32,161 nt of DNA from Planctomycetota bacterium. GTDB taxonomy: Bacteria; Planctomycetota; Planctomycetia; Pirellulales; Lacipirellulaceae. The translations under genes were made by a program, and so were the position numbers. Below, piece after piece: positions 10,801 through 19,199 of the stretch; the first letter of the stretch is position 1, and every line of letters begins with the position of its first letter. The DNA lies in NCBI GenBank assembly GCA_039190745.1, contig JBCCXZ010000045.1, positions 1 to 32,161 of the forward strand. Reading direction: 5' to 3'. The notes beneath the pieces were generated by a model, which saw only the letters and a program-made list of their open reading frames with translations, did no database searches and was not told the DNA's origin.

Positions 10801-13800
10801 CCCCGACTGTCGATTGAGCTTGGCCTCGGTGATCGCACCTTCGAGGTCGCCAAGGTAGTGGAGTGACGCCGCGATTTGGTAGCGGGCCATGTGGATCTGC
10901 CAGTAGTCGCCGAGCTTTTCGAGGACACGGATGGCCGACCGGCAGGATTCAATGCATTCTTGGAACCGCGACGCTGCGAACAGGGTGATGCCCAGGAAGA
11001 CTAGAGCCTGTCCTTTGCCCCAGGTGTCGTCGAGTTCCTCACGCATCCGGATGGCCTTCTTCGCGTAACGAACCCCTCGGCTGAAGTAGCCGATGATGCT
11101 CATCCCGGGGCCGTGCTCGGAGTAGGTCAGCGCGAGCTCTTCACTCGGGAGGTACCGCTCCCCCATGTTCAAGTTGCGGAAGTGGACCCAGAGCATCTGC
11201 ATCTGCTTCCTGGAGTACCAGCACCCGTGGGCGAGGCAACTGAGCAGCCGCATGGTGAGCCGTTCCGATTCGTCTGGGCGACGCTTGATGCGGTGGACGA
11301 ACAGCCTGGGGCACCACGTGTGCAGCACCTGGACGAAGCACTCCCAGCAAAGGAAGGCGAACAGGCTTGCGGTGTTGTTCGGTACCGTCTGACGCTGGAG
11401 CCGGAGCGCGTGCTCAAAGTTCTGTATCGCGTGCCCCATGTTGCCGCGTTTGAAGTGCAGCTCGCCGATCTTCCCGCGGATCGCGGCCAGCGGGCGCCCG
11501 GACTCTGCGAGCAGAGACGCTTCTTCGAACCACTTGCCGGCGTCTTCGTAGCGGCCGCGCAGCATGAGCACGTCGCCGAGCCCTTCTAGGATTTGCAGTC
11601 GATTATCGCGGGACGGCACCCCTCGCAGAGCGATGTGGTATTGCTGCTCCGCGATCTCGAGGGCGAACTGCGATCGGGCGCTCTCGGCGGCTTTAACCGC
11701 GAACTCGAAGGCGTCTTCGGGGCGGTCGCCTGCGTCGAAGTGGTACGCGATATCCGAAGCACGGTGCGGGTCTTCTTTCAGAAGGTGGCGTGCGGCGTTG
11801 AGGTGGTGGTCTCTGAGTGTCTGCTCGGGGAGGCTCTGGAGCACTGCCGAGCGGATCTTATCGTGAAAGAAAACGCACTCCGCCCCATCGGGCCGAACCC
11901 AAACAAGTTGCCGTTCCCTCGCGCGTTCGAGCGCATTGATCACTTCCTCGGCCGAGAGGCCGGCGAGCTGTTGAGCAACGTGCAATTCGAAGGTTTTCCC
12001 TAACACAGCACCGACGGCGAGCAGTCTTGTAGTTTCGGCAGGGAGCAACCCCAGGCGACGCGCGAGGACCGAACCGGCTTGATCGGACGAGCCCGCGTCA
12101 TCGAGAGCGGCGGGGTCTACCTCCCAACCGGAGTCTACGGGGCGGATCGCTTCGCACTCTACGAGGCCGCGCAGCACGGCGGACGCCATGAACGGGCTTC
12201 CGCCGGCAAGCCGTACTACCGTTTCAGCGGCTTCCTCTGGAAGCCCGCCGGCCATCGAGTCGGCGAGTTGGCGCACCTCGTCATCGCGGAGGGAAAGCAG
12301 CTTGATCGACGCGGTGGTTTTGACCTCTCGGAGCAGGTGGTCCTGCGGGATCTCGTCGGAGCGGAACGCGAGCACCAGCAGAAGTGAAGGTTCATCTACT
12401 CCTTCGGAGGCCTGCTTCGAGGCGATCCGTTTCAGCAGCCGGATAGTCAGCTCATCAGCCCATTGGCAGTCGTCGAGCAGGATGAGTGCCGGTTTGTCGA
12501 GCTTACCCAGCGCTTCCAGGAGCGCAACGAGCGCTTCGATAGTACGCGCCTCAGCCGTTTCATCGGGTGCGGAAACCGTAGAGTTCTCGACGCCGATGGC
12601 TGGCGCCAAGGCCGGGAGCGCTTCGACGATGGGGCCGATCTTGTCTCCCAAGATCCAGATCAACCGCCCGCGAAGCTCCGGGCGTCCGGAGACCTCGGAC
12701 ACAACCCCTTCGACCACGCCGTCGAGGAGCCGGTACGGCCTTGAGGAAACGTCGCTGGCGCCGTTCCCTCGGAAGACGCGGTATCCTTTCCTGGACGCCA
12801 CCCTGAGCGACTCTGCGAGGAGCCGAGACTTGCCGGCGCCGCTCTCGCCTTCGACGGACGCCACCACTTTGGCTCCTTCGGAGGCGTTTTGCATCGCTTC
12901 TTCGAGCGTCGCCAGATGCTCGGTTCGAGCAACGAAGGCAGGCTCGACTAGCGACGCCCTCTTGTCGGTCGCCCCGAGCACTATCGCGGGATCGGCGTCG
13001 CCGTTCTCGATGCTCGCAGATATCTTCTCGAGGTCCGCAAGAGCGGCATTGGCAGACTGGTACCGATCGCGGGGGTCTTTCTGCAGCAGACGCTGGACGA
13101 AGTCCTCTAGCACAACGGGCGCCGACAGACCCGGTCGAGACATCTCGGGGACCGGTTCGGTCATGTGTTTGAAGAGTACGGTGCCGACCGAATCCCCCGC
13201 GAACGGTGTCCGACCCGTGAGGCAGTAGTAGAGTAGGACGCCGAAAGAATAGAGGTCTGATGCGGGGGAGAGCCCTTCGTCGATAGAGCCCGCCTGCTCT
13301 GGCGAGGAGTAGAGCGCGACTTCTAGCGGCTGAAGTTTCAGCGGCGTGTCTGGCTCGACCGCGAGACACAGACCGTAGTCGGTCAGCACGACCCTCGCGT
13401 CGGCTTTCGTCGACAGGTCGACGAAGACATTCTCGGGACGCAGATTGCGGTGGAGAACCAGCAAGGCGTGCAGATCCCGGAGCCCGGCGAGGACCCCGCG
13501 CCCAACCGCAAGTGTGTTTTCGAGCGTCAGTGGACCGTGTCCCTGAAGCGGGGCGCCGTGAGCCGCTTGGCTCGCGAGCCAGCAATCTCCATCGGCCCGG
13601 AACACGCCAAGGCAGTTGCTGAAGTGGTTGCTCTCGGCCTTGGCTAATAGTCTTGCCTCGTGCCCCAGCCTCATCTCGACCGATGCGGAAATCGAATCGT
13701 CCGGTAAACGCTTGAGGACAATTGGCTTACCGGACTGCGTGTCCGAACCGTGGTAGTAAGACGCGCCCTGTCGGCTCCCGGCGAGTGCGGTGAGCGCGAA

Positions 13801-13878
13801 CCGTTCAGCTACCATGCGGGGCTCGAAGCGCGCACCGTGGTTGTCGTCCGCTCTGGGAGTATCGGACTCGGAAACCAT
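7888..13878 (-). CDS. soluble hybrid sensor: Ser/Thr kinase-like domain - AAA/STAND-type ATPase - TPR-like helices - GAF - HisKA - HATPase - pseudo-REC - REC (~2000 aa)
   Basis: IVLK, HRNLRPEN, DYG, SPEQ, SDLYSFG; Walker A GESGAGKS, Walker B LILLDD, GGSPF; FHDKIR; GAF (LCVPILVRGRVV); H-box MSHEIRTP, N-box NAVKFT, DTGIG, GGTGLGL; REC LVADD/DIEMP/KP. Start uncertain (13878 or 13815; ORF open to 14091). Confidence 0.9.
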   Translation of the reverse strand: MVSESDTPRADDNHGARFEPRMVAERFALTALAGSRQGASYYHGSDTQSGKPIVLKRLPDDSISASVEMRLGHEARLLAKAESNHFSNCLGVFRADGDCWLASQAAHGAPLQGHGPLTLENTLAVGRGVLAGLRDLHALLVLHRNLRPENVFVDLSTKADARVVLTDYGLCLAVEPDTPLKLQPLEVALYSSPEQAGSIDEGLSPASDLYSFGVLLYYCLTGRTPFAGDSVGTVLFKHMTEPVPEMSRPGLSAPVVLEDFVQRLLQKDPRDRYQSANAALADLEKISASIENGDADPAIVLGATDKRASLVEPAFVARTEHLATLEEAMQNASEGAKVVASVEGESGAGKSRLLAESLRVASRKGYRVFRGNGASDVSSRPYRLLDGVVEGVVSEVSGRPELRGRLIWILGDKIGPIVEALPALAPAIGVENSTVSAPDETAEARTIEALVALLEALGKLDKPALILLDDCQWADELTIRLLKRIASKQASEGVDEPSLLLVLAFRSDEIPQDHLLREVKTTASIKLLSLRDDEVRQLADSMAGGLPEEAAETVVRLAGGSPFMASAVLRGLVECEAIRPVDSGWEVDPAALDDAGSSDQAGSVLARRLGLLPAETTRLLAVGAVLGKTFELHVAQQLAGLSAEEVINALERARERQLVWVRPDGAECVFFHDKIRSAVLQSLPEQTLRDHHLNAARHLLKEDPHRASDIAYHFDAGDRPEDAFEFAVKAAESARSQFALEIAEQQYHIALRGVPSRDNRLQILEGLGDVLMLRGRYEDAGKWFEEASLLAESGRPLAAIRGKIGELHFKRGNMGHAIQNFEHALRLQRQTVPNNTASLFAFLCWECFVQVLHTWCPRLFVHRIKRRPDESERLTMRLLSCLAHGCWYSRKQMQMLWVHFRNLNMGERYLPSEELALTYSEHGPGMSIIGYFSRGVRYAKKAIRMREELDDTWGKGQALVFLGITLFAASRFQECIESCRSAIRVLEKLGDYWQIHMARYQIAASLHYLGDLEGAITEAKLNRQSGLETGDEQASGIILDVWARASSGRIPAQVMELEARRERSDAQGACQVYLAQGICHIAESQLEAAAQKFERALDAAAGAGVKNAYTLPAYAWSATAFRLAAQKDTRAVPDRRLHCLREAARSARSAIRSGFICRNDLPQAYRELALVSAMRGESRRARYYFGKSLSHANKLGERLQAAETLLEAHRVAAEAGWDGFEDYARRASIILAELGAAAERNEAVDSNEKLSLSLIDRFDTVLDTGRSIASSLDPNVIHQQAQEAALRLLRGERCYVWSVDNEGQLVESDAQARGESFQVSPPLAEEAIEAKRSTVLDRAQATDATLETNSSELCVPILVRGRVVSILCVVHSRISGLFGADEQRLADFIAAIAGAALENAEGFAKLQDLNTTLEQRVADRTAAAETRAEELAVSNDLLERKANELRDAQQELQTAKQAAEEANEAKSRFLATMSHEIRTPMNGVLGMTELVLNTPLNDQQRNYLTTVKQSGGALLNLLNDILDLSKIEAGKMELEAISFSLREVVIDAARLLAVPAFGKGIELICSIAPEVPERLVGDPNCIRQIVVNLVSNAVKFTAEGHVLVRIEKGEESGGGVVLHFTVEDTGIGIAADKVGVIFDAFRQEDSSTTRRYGGTGLGLAISMQLTELMGGKIWLESEEGQGSTFHLDIPLKRATPTDDGAAAEEQPATADGLRVEIVAKDPVLLAAYEDLLADCGASSTVGIRDGGLHPDSHPAGEEFEPVDAAVVDVAASDLSDIDSLRERLRKRSEADRPLVAVLPAGNVEIVECCRLLGIRNTVMKPAKREELVDALLSATGATSRRAKARPVSLASAACRPLRVLVADDSPVNQEVAKGILGLMGHEAETADDGQQAVDAYRQGRFDIVLMDIEMPKLDGFAATEQIRALEQEEGRPKTPVFALSAHVSPQFTQKCNGAGMDGHLTKPVQPEVLAQALVKAAGNSDPPSATDQTLPDPVHA

Positions 13879-14312
13879 GCCAAGTTTCTGTGTCGAGTTA
13901 CAGGCGCCGCAGCACTCAGCGACGGTGCGGTTTGACTCAACAAAACCATACGTTGTCACAGGATACGGACAGGCTTCGGTTAACCGAATTGTGGAGGGCC
14001 CTGCTCTCTCACTGCACTCCTCGAGCCTGGGAACGCCGTTGCAATCCTGATTGTTGTTGCAATCCGCAACACACTCAGAGAGGCCCGACACGGTGTTGTC
14101 TTGAAAAGGTCTGATGTGTGTGACGGACGTGCAGTCGGGTGGTTGGGTTGCCCCCCTAAAAAACCCCGGAAATTCCTTGGAACCCGTGCGACGAATGCGC
14201 TAGGATGTGCTCCCGACCAGACACCTCCATTGCAGCGGGATAGCAAAGGATGGTCCTTACGAAATGCGTTAAGCATTCCCCATCAATTCCGCACGTATCA
14301 GGTCTGTGAACA

Positions 14313-15848
14313 ATGAGAGATGTAGAAAGCCGCGCGGGGCTTACGTCGCCGCTTTTCGAGATCACATGGGAGCAAGACGTCGCGACGCGTATGGACCCGG
14401 CGCTGGTCACGTCTTTCCTACGCGAACAGGTGCCGGTCCTTGAGTTTGTGGATTGGCAGCTCACCTCCGTGAGCCCCGGCTCGGTCGAGGCTGTGCTCCC
14501 GCTCAATCCTCCTTCGACCAACCAGCACTTTACACATCAGGCGGCGTTGATCGTGCTGAGCGCTGATTACACGGGCGGCTCGGCGTTAGCAACACTGCTC
14601 TGGGGCTGGCCGGTCGTGGGGGTCCACCCGGTTGACTCTCCGGACTCCGTTTCGATGTGGCTGTTGAAGGCCGAGATGAAGTACCTGAGGCCTAGCACCG
14701 GAAACCTCACCGTGCGCGCCGAGGTCGACGAATCGCGACGCGAGAAGATTCAGAAGCGGTTCCTCAAGGGGAAACCGGTCATCGAGTCCCTGACGATGCA
14801 GTTCATGAATGACGACGAGATTGTAGCCGAAGGGACGTGCACCTACTTCCTGAGACAGTCCACGGCGCTGCGGAGCACCGGCGTCGATCCCGATAAAGTC
14901 AACACGCTCTATGCGCTGAAGCTAACCTCATCGGCAGAGATGATCGCCGGCGTCCGCGCGTTAGAGAGCGGCGGTCTGTTCGAGGACCCGTACGCGGAGA
15001 GCATGGCCGGCCAGCACGGCATGGCGGTCGCAGCACGCTTCTGTGAGCGGACCCCTCAACTCGGCAACATGGTGGCGGCGAGGACCAAGCACCTCGACGA
15101 CGTGATGACGAACTTCACAGCCGCCGGGGGAAGGGACATCGTAAACATCGGGGTCGGCTGGGACATGCGTCCCTTCCGTCTCAACCTTCCTGAAGGGACG
15201 CGCTTCTATGAACTTGATTTCCCAACCACGCTCAACGAACGGGAGTCCCGAATAGAAGCTCTCGGAATTCACACTCCCGAGGGGATCGAGCGGGTGTCGA
15301 TCCCTATCGACCTCCGGACGATGAACCTTCCCGAGACGGTTCGGGGCGCGGTGCCGGGCGACCGGCCTCTGTTGCTCGTCTGGGAGGGCGTGTCGATGTA
15401 CTTCGAAGAACAGGACGTCAAAGAAGTCTTGGTGAATATGCGGTCGCTCCTGAGCCACGAGGGCAGCCTGCTGTGGGTCGACATGGTCGACCGCGAGCCG
15501 GTGGTCAACCCAGCAGCGTTCCCAGGGTCGGTTCAGGACTTTATGCGGGGGATGCAGATCCTCGGAGAGCCTTTTATCTTCGGCAGCGACACGCCGGTCG
15601 AGTTTATCGAAGACTGTGGCTTGCGGTGCCTGGAGGTGGTGACGTCCGACGTGTACTTCCCGGATTCGGCGGAACCGGTCTACTCGATCTACCAGTTCTG
15701 CACCGTCGCCGGGGGAGTGACTCAGGACCAGCCCAAGACGTTCAAGCGTACCGACGTCCGGCGTCATCCGGGAAGCGTACCGCAGCCGCACTTCAACGGG
15801 TTTGCAGACGCGCCCGTCACGGCGGTGAAGCGAGAGCCCTCGAAGTAG
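14313..15848 (+). CDS. fusion of an N-terminal hotdog-fold (YiiD_C/PaaI-like thioesterase) domain and a C-terminal LCM/YktD/TcmP-type SAM-dependent methyltransferase
   Basis: N-half: VEAVLPLNPPSTNQHFTHQAALIVLSADYTGG...AEMKYLRP (hotdog pattern). C-half: IAGVRALES..LFEDPYA, ARTKHLDD, IVNIGVGWDMRPFRL, YELDFP, IDL, VWEGVSMYF (LCM-family motifs). Alternative start ATG 14391. Confidence 0.82.
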   Translation: MRDVESRAGLTSPLFEITWEQDVATRMDPALVTSFLREQVPVLEFVDWQLTSVSPGSVEAVLPLNPPSTNQHFTHQAALIVLSADYTGGSALATLLWGWPVVGVHPVDSPDSVSMWLLKAEMKYLRPSTGNLTVRAEVDESRREKIQKRFLKGKPVIESLTMQFMNDDEIVAEGTCTYFLRQSTALRSTGVDPDKVNTLYALKLTSSAEMIAGVRALESGGLFEDPYAESMAGQHGMAVAARFCERTPQLGNMVAARTKHLDDVMTNFTAAGGRDIVNIGVGWDMRPFRLNLPEGTRFYELDFPTTLNERESRIEALGIHTPEGIERVSIPIDLRTMNLPETVRGAVPGDRPLLLVWEGVSMYFEEQDVKEVLVNMRSLLSHEGSLLWVDMVDREPVVNPAAFPGSVQDFMRGMQILGEPFIFGSDTPVEFIEDCGLRCLEVVTSDVYFPDSAEPVYSIYQFCTVAGGVTQDQPKTFKRTDVRRHPGSVPQPHFNGFADAPVTAVKREPSK

Positions 15849-15904
15849 CCGGACTCAAAGCCTAACCGCATAGTCCTGCGTACTGCGAAGCTATCGAAAG
15901 ACAG

Positions 15905-17188
15905 TCATCGTGCGCCGAAGGTGCGCGTGAATCCGAAAGCGAGAGCGTGGGTGCGGTTGCGGTGGATGCTCTGGTCGAAGTCGCCGCCTACGAAGGCGCT
16001 TGTCCCGACTTCTACGGTTGGCCCGAACGAGTACATGTAAGCGGTGCTGACCTGCCAGCCCCGCCAGTCGAACCCGTACCCCAGCGAGAAGGCGTGCTCG
16101 AGTGCGCCCGGGATCCAGGGCGTGATCGTATCGTAGGGGATCGGGCTCTTGTGGTGGACGTAGCCCGCCCGGACGATATGCCCGCAGCCCAGGCGGTGCT
16201 CGACCCCGACGCGTGTCGAGACGGTGTCGACCCAATTGAGAGGGAAACGCTCGACAACGTTCGGCGGGTAGCCCGCATTGGTTGGCGAGCTGAGGTTGAT
16301 CTCTAGCGTATCGAACGCGTCCGACCAGTTGTACCAGATGACGTCGGTCGCAATGACGGTGTTCCGCGTGAGCTGATGACGAAAGCCGCCGCCGAAGGAC
16401 CTCGGCCACGTTACTTTTGTTTCCGCGTTGTAGTACGTCTGCCCTAGAGGCGAAACGAGTCCGACCTCACCATCGGCGTCGACCTCAACCTGCGAGAGGT
16501 AAGAGAACCCAACGGTTGTGCGATCAGTCAGCCGGCAACTGAGCCCCGCAGACCAGGTGATGCCGACGCCGTCGACCCCCAGGTCGAGAAGCGAAGGCAG
16601 CCCCGTCGCCGGGGCGCTCTGCAGCGTGTAAGGCCCCTCGAGGTTCACAAACGACAACCCCGGACCGAGCGTGCCGCCGATGGAGAGGAAATCATAATCT
16701 TCGGGCGTGTACGAGGCGCCGATGAGAACTTTGGTGAGCGACCCGAACGACTCGTACACCTGAGGCCCGCCAAACGGTACGGGGCCTTCGAGGTTGTAGA
16801 TCGAGCCAAATCCATTCGGCGTGTAGACGCCTACGCCCAAAGCCCACTGGTCGCTCAACCGCTCGACGTAGCCGATCTCGGGGATGGGGTACATCTGGTT
16901 CTGAGAGCGTTGTTGGGTGTTGTCGGCGTCCCCGTAGTCGAAGTGCGTAAACAGGAACGTGCCGCCGAGCTGCAGCATGGCGTCGCCTTCGATCTGCCCC
17001 ATCGCGGCGGCGTTGTCGTGCAGGATCGAAGTGTTGTCGGCGAAGCCGAGGTTTGTTCCGCCCCGCCCGATGCTCACAGCAGAGACGCCGTCGAGCGTGA
17101 TCCCGTCGGCGTGCAGGAGTTTCTCTGAGCAGAACGGCCCTGCCGCCAGGCAGAACGCGGTGAGAATGGTTCGCGTTGTAATCCGCAC
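15905..17188 (-). CDS. FadL/OmpP1-family outer-membrane channel for hydrophobic compounds
   Basis: Signal peptide (GTG 17188; RITTRTILTAFCLAAG...LHA|DG); SIGRGGT...DNTSILHDNAAAM hatch-like segment; GVGVYTPNGFG; alternating beta strands; aromatic C-terminal strand (AFGFTRTF). Confidence 0.85.
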   Translation of the reverse strand: MRITTRTILTAFCLAAGPFCSEKLLHADGITLDGVSAVSIGRGGTNLGFADNTSILHDNAAAMGQIEGDAMLQLGGTFLFTHFDYGDADNTQQRSQNQMYPIPEIGYVERLSDQWALGVGVYTPNGFGSIYNLEGPVPFGGPQVYESFGSLTKVLIGASYTPEDYDFLSIGGTLGPGLSFVNLEGPYTLQSAPATGLPSLLDLGVDGVGITWSAGLSCRLTDRTTVGFSYLSQVEVDADGEVGLVSPLGQTYYNAETKVTWPRSFGGGFRHQLTRNTVIATDVIWYNWSDAFDTLEINLSSPTNAGYPPNVVERFPLNWVDTVSTRVGVEHRLGCGHIVRAGYVHHKSPIPYDTITPWIPGALEHAFSLGYGFDWRGWQVSTAYMYSFGPTVEVGTSAFVGGDFDQSIHRNRTHALAFGFTRTFGAR

Positions 17189-17341
17189 AGTTTGCCCCCG
17201 CTGACACTGGCCGGCGCGTTCAGATTCGTGGTTACAGACCTTGCAACCTGTACAAAAGAAATCGGCTTTTCCTGCTTCCAGAGTGAGGCAGTACCCTGCT
17301 GCCAAGGCTACGGCTTGGCCTCGGCAGGAAAGCTATTCCGA

Positions 17342-18418
17342 TTAGGCAGGTTCGAGCACCGCTTCCGCGACACTAGCCTGAGCGCCAGCAAGTACCGCCG
17401 GCGGTCCTTCCCGGCCGGGGGCCGCCTGCAGCTTCTTAGAAACCGCCACGAATTCGCTTTCTCGAGCGAGAAAGGCTTCGACGACGCGGTCGTCGAAATG
17501 ACTGCCCGCCCCGTCCAGCACGATTTCCTTGGCCTTTTCGTGGCTGAACCGGTCTTTGTAGATACGCTTCGAGCTCAAAGCGTCATAGACATCTGCTAAA
17601 GCTGTGATGCGCCCGCACAACGGGATCTCTTCGCCCGACAAGCCGAAGGGGTATCCTTGGCCGTTTACTTTTTCGTGATGAGAGAACGCAATGTCTTTCG
17701 CTAGCTGCAGATACCTGGCGTTTGGGCTTGTCTCCAACGCTGTTCGGAGCGTTTCCCCGCCGATGGTAGTGTGCTGCTTCATGACCTCGAACTCCTGCGT
17801 GGTCAGCTTGCCCGGCTTGAGCAGCACACTGTCAGGTATCCCGACCTTGCCGATGTCGTGCAGAGGTGCAGTGAGGTAGATCATCTGGACATAATCGCCG
17901 TCGATCTCTTCCGCGAACTCGGGCCATCCGGAGAGTTCTTCGGCGAGGATACGGCTGTACTCTCGCATCCTCTCGAGGTGTAAACCGGTTTCGATATCTC
18001 GAGACTCTGTGAGCTTTGCCAGCGTGAACAGCAGCGTGTCGCGCGTTTCAAGTGACAAGACGCGTTCACCTGTTCGAAGTCTAACCCGTAGCTCTTCGGG
18101 CTCAAAAGGTTTGACCAGGAAGTCGTCTGCGCCCGCCCTCAGGCCTCCCACCAAGTGGTCCATGTCCTTGTGGGAGGTAAGCAGAATGAAGTAGATGTAA
18201 CCACCCCACTGCCGTTTTCGGATCTGGCGACAAAGATCGTCACCGTGCATGCCGGGCATGCTCCAATCGGAGATCACGAGGTTGTACTCACCGGTCCGGA
18301 TGAACTCGAATCCTTCAATCCCGTCGGTTGCGCAGGTGACCTCGTAGCCGTAGTGGTGGAGAGCGCCTTTGAGCAGTTCCAGCGAAACAAGGTCGTCGTC
18401 GATCACAAGCACCTTCAT
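17342..18418 (-). CDS. REC-HD-GYP c-di-GMP phosphodiesterase response regulator (RpfG-like)
   Basis: REC (VLVIDDD, SDWSMPG, DDFLVKP); ETGLHLER, LHDIGKVGIPD, HHEKVNGQGYP, ADVYDAL. Confidence 0.93.
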   Translation of the reverse strand: MKVLVIDDDLVSLELLKGALHHYGYEVTCATDGIEGFEFIRTGEYNLVISDWSMPGMHGDDLCRQIRKRQWGGYIYFILLTSHKDMDHLVGGLRAGADDFLVKPFEPEELRVRLRTGERVLSLETRDTLLFTLAKLTESRDIETGLHLERMREYSRILAEELSGWPEFAEEIDGDYVQMIYLTAPLHDIGKVGIPDSVLLKPGKLTTQEFEVMKQHTTIGGETLRTALETSPNARYLQLAKDIAFSHHEKVNGQGYPFGLSGEEIPLCGRITALADVYDALSSKRIYKDRFSHEKAKEIVLDGAGSHFDDRVVEAFLARESEFVAVSKKLQAAPGREGPPAVLAGAQASVAEAVLEPA

Positions 18419-18471
18419 GGCTTTCCTCGCTTGGCGTCGCTAGACAACCTGTGCCGCGTTATGCGGGCTGA

Positions 18472-18870
18472 TCAGCTAACCTGCTCAGGCGCGAGCGGTT
18501 CGTCTTGTTCTCGACCGCCTGTGCCCATTAAATCCGACAACTGATCCCAACCTTCCCGTAGCCCGCTAACGCCCTCCCGAGAAGCCGGTGCGTCCATCGC
18601 CTTGGAGGCCTGGCAGAGGTCTTCTGCGATTTGGCTCAATCCGTCGGCTGAGGCGTTGGCAAACGCACCCTTCAGTCGATGGGCGATACCGTACACCTGT
18701 TGGAAGTCCTCGTTCTGGACAGCCGCTTCGATTGCCTCAATGTCTGGTTCACAGCGCTCGCTGAGGATATCCAATATGCGGCTGGCGAATTCAAGATTCC
18801 CGAAGCAACGATCCAACAGTGTGTCGACGTTGACTGCGCCCGAGTATCTGTCTAGGTCGTCGTGCAGCAT
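18472..18870 (-). CDS. stand-alone Hpt phosphotransfer protein
   Basis: Helical 132 aa with AHRLKGAFAN (H-x-L-K-G Hpt motif); first gene of the Hpt-HD-GYP-FadL run. Confidence 0.88.
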   Translation of the reverse strand: MLHDDLDRYSGAVNVDTLLDRCFGNLEFASRILDILSERCEPDIEAIEAAVQNEDFQQVYGIAHRLKGAFANASADGLSQIAEDLCQASKAMDAPASREGVSGLREGWDQLSDLMGTGGREQDEPLAPEQVS

Positions 18871-19199
18871 GAGAGTGCCTCAACAAATCCCTCTGATCAC
18901 TCGGGCTCGCCTCGCTAGCGACCTGCAGTGCCGCTAGGGCATTGACGAAAAGAACAATCTCCTCGCGGCTATGCGTCATACAAGCATAGGCTCTATTTGA
19001 TCTTGGAAAGCTCCAGAAGGACCGATTCCTCCTTTAACTCTGCCAGTTGCCGCATACTGGTATGGCTCCTGGGACTCACTCAAATCGCACAATCGATATT
19101 ACTTAACCCTCACCCCAATCTTGTGCCAGCGGTAGTCTGAAGGCATGGCTTTATCTCTTCTCTCTTGAGAGGAGATATGGAGCCGAGAATTTCTCAGGC

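Noticed and set aside
13879..14091. Cys-rich N-terminal extension of the giant kinase
   Set aside because: No recognisable domain, AT-richer, and lies in the divergent promoter region; probably open by chance
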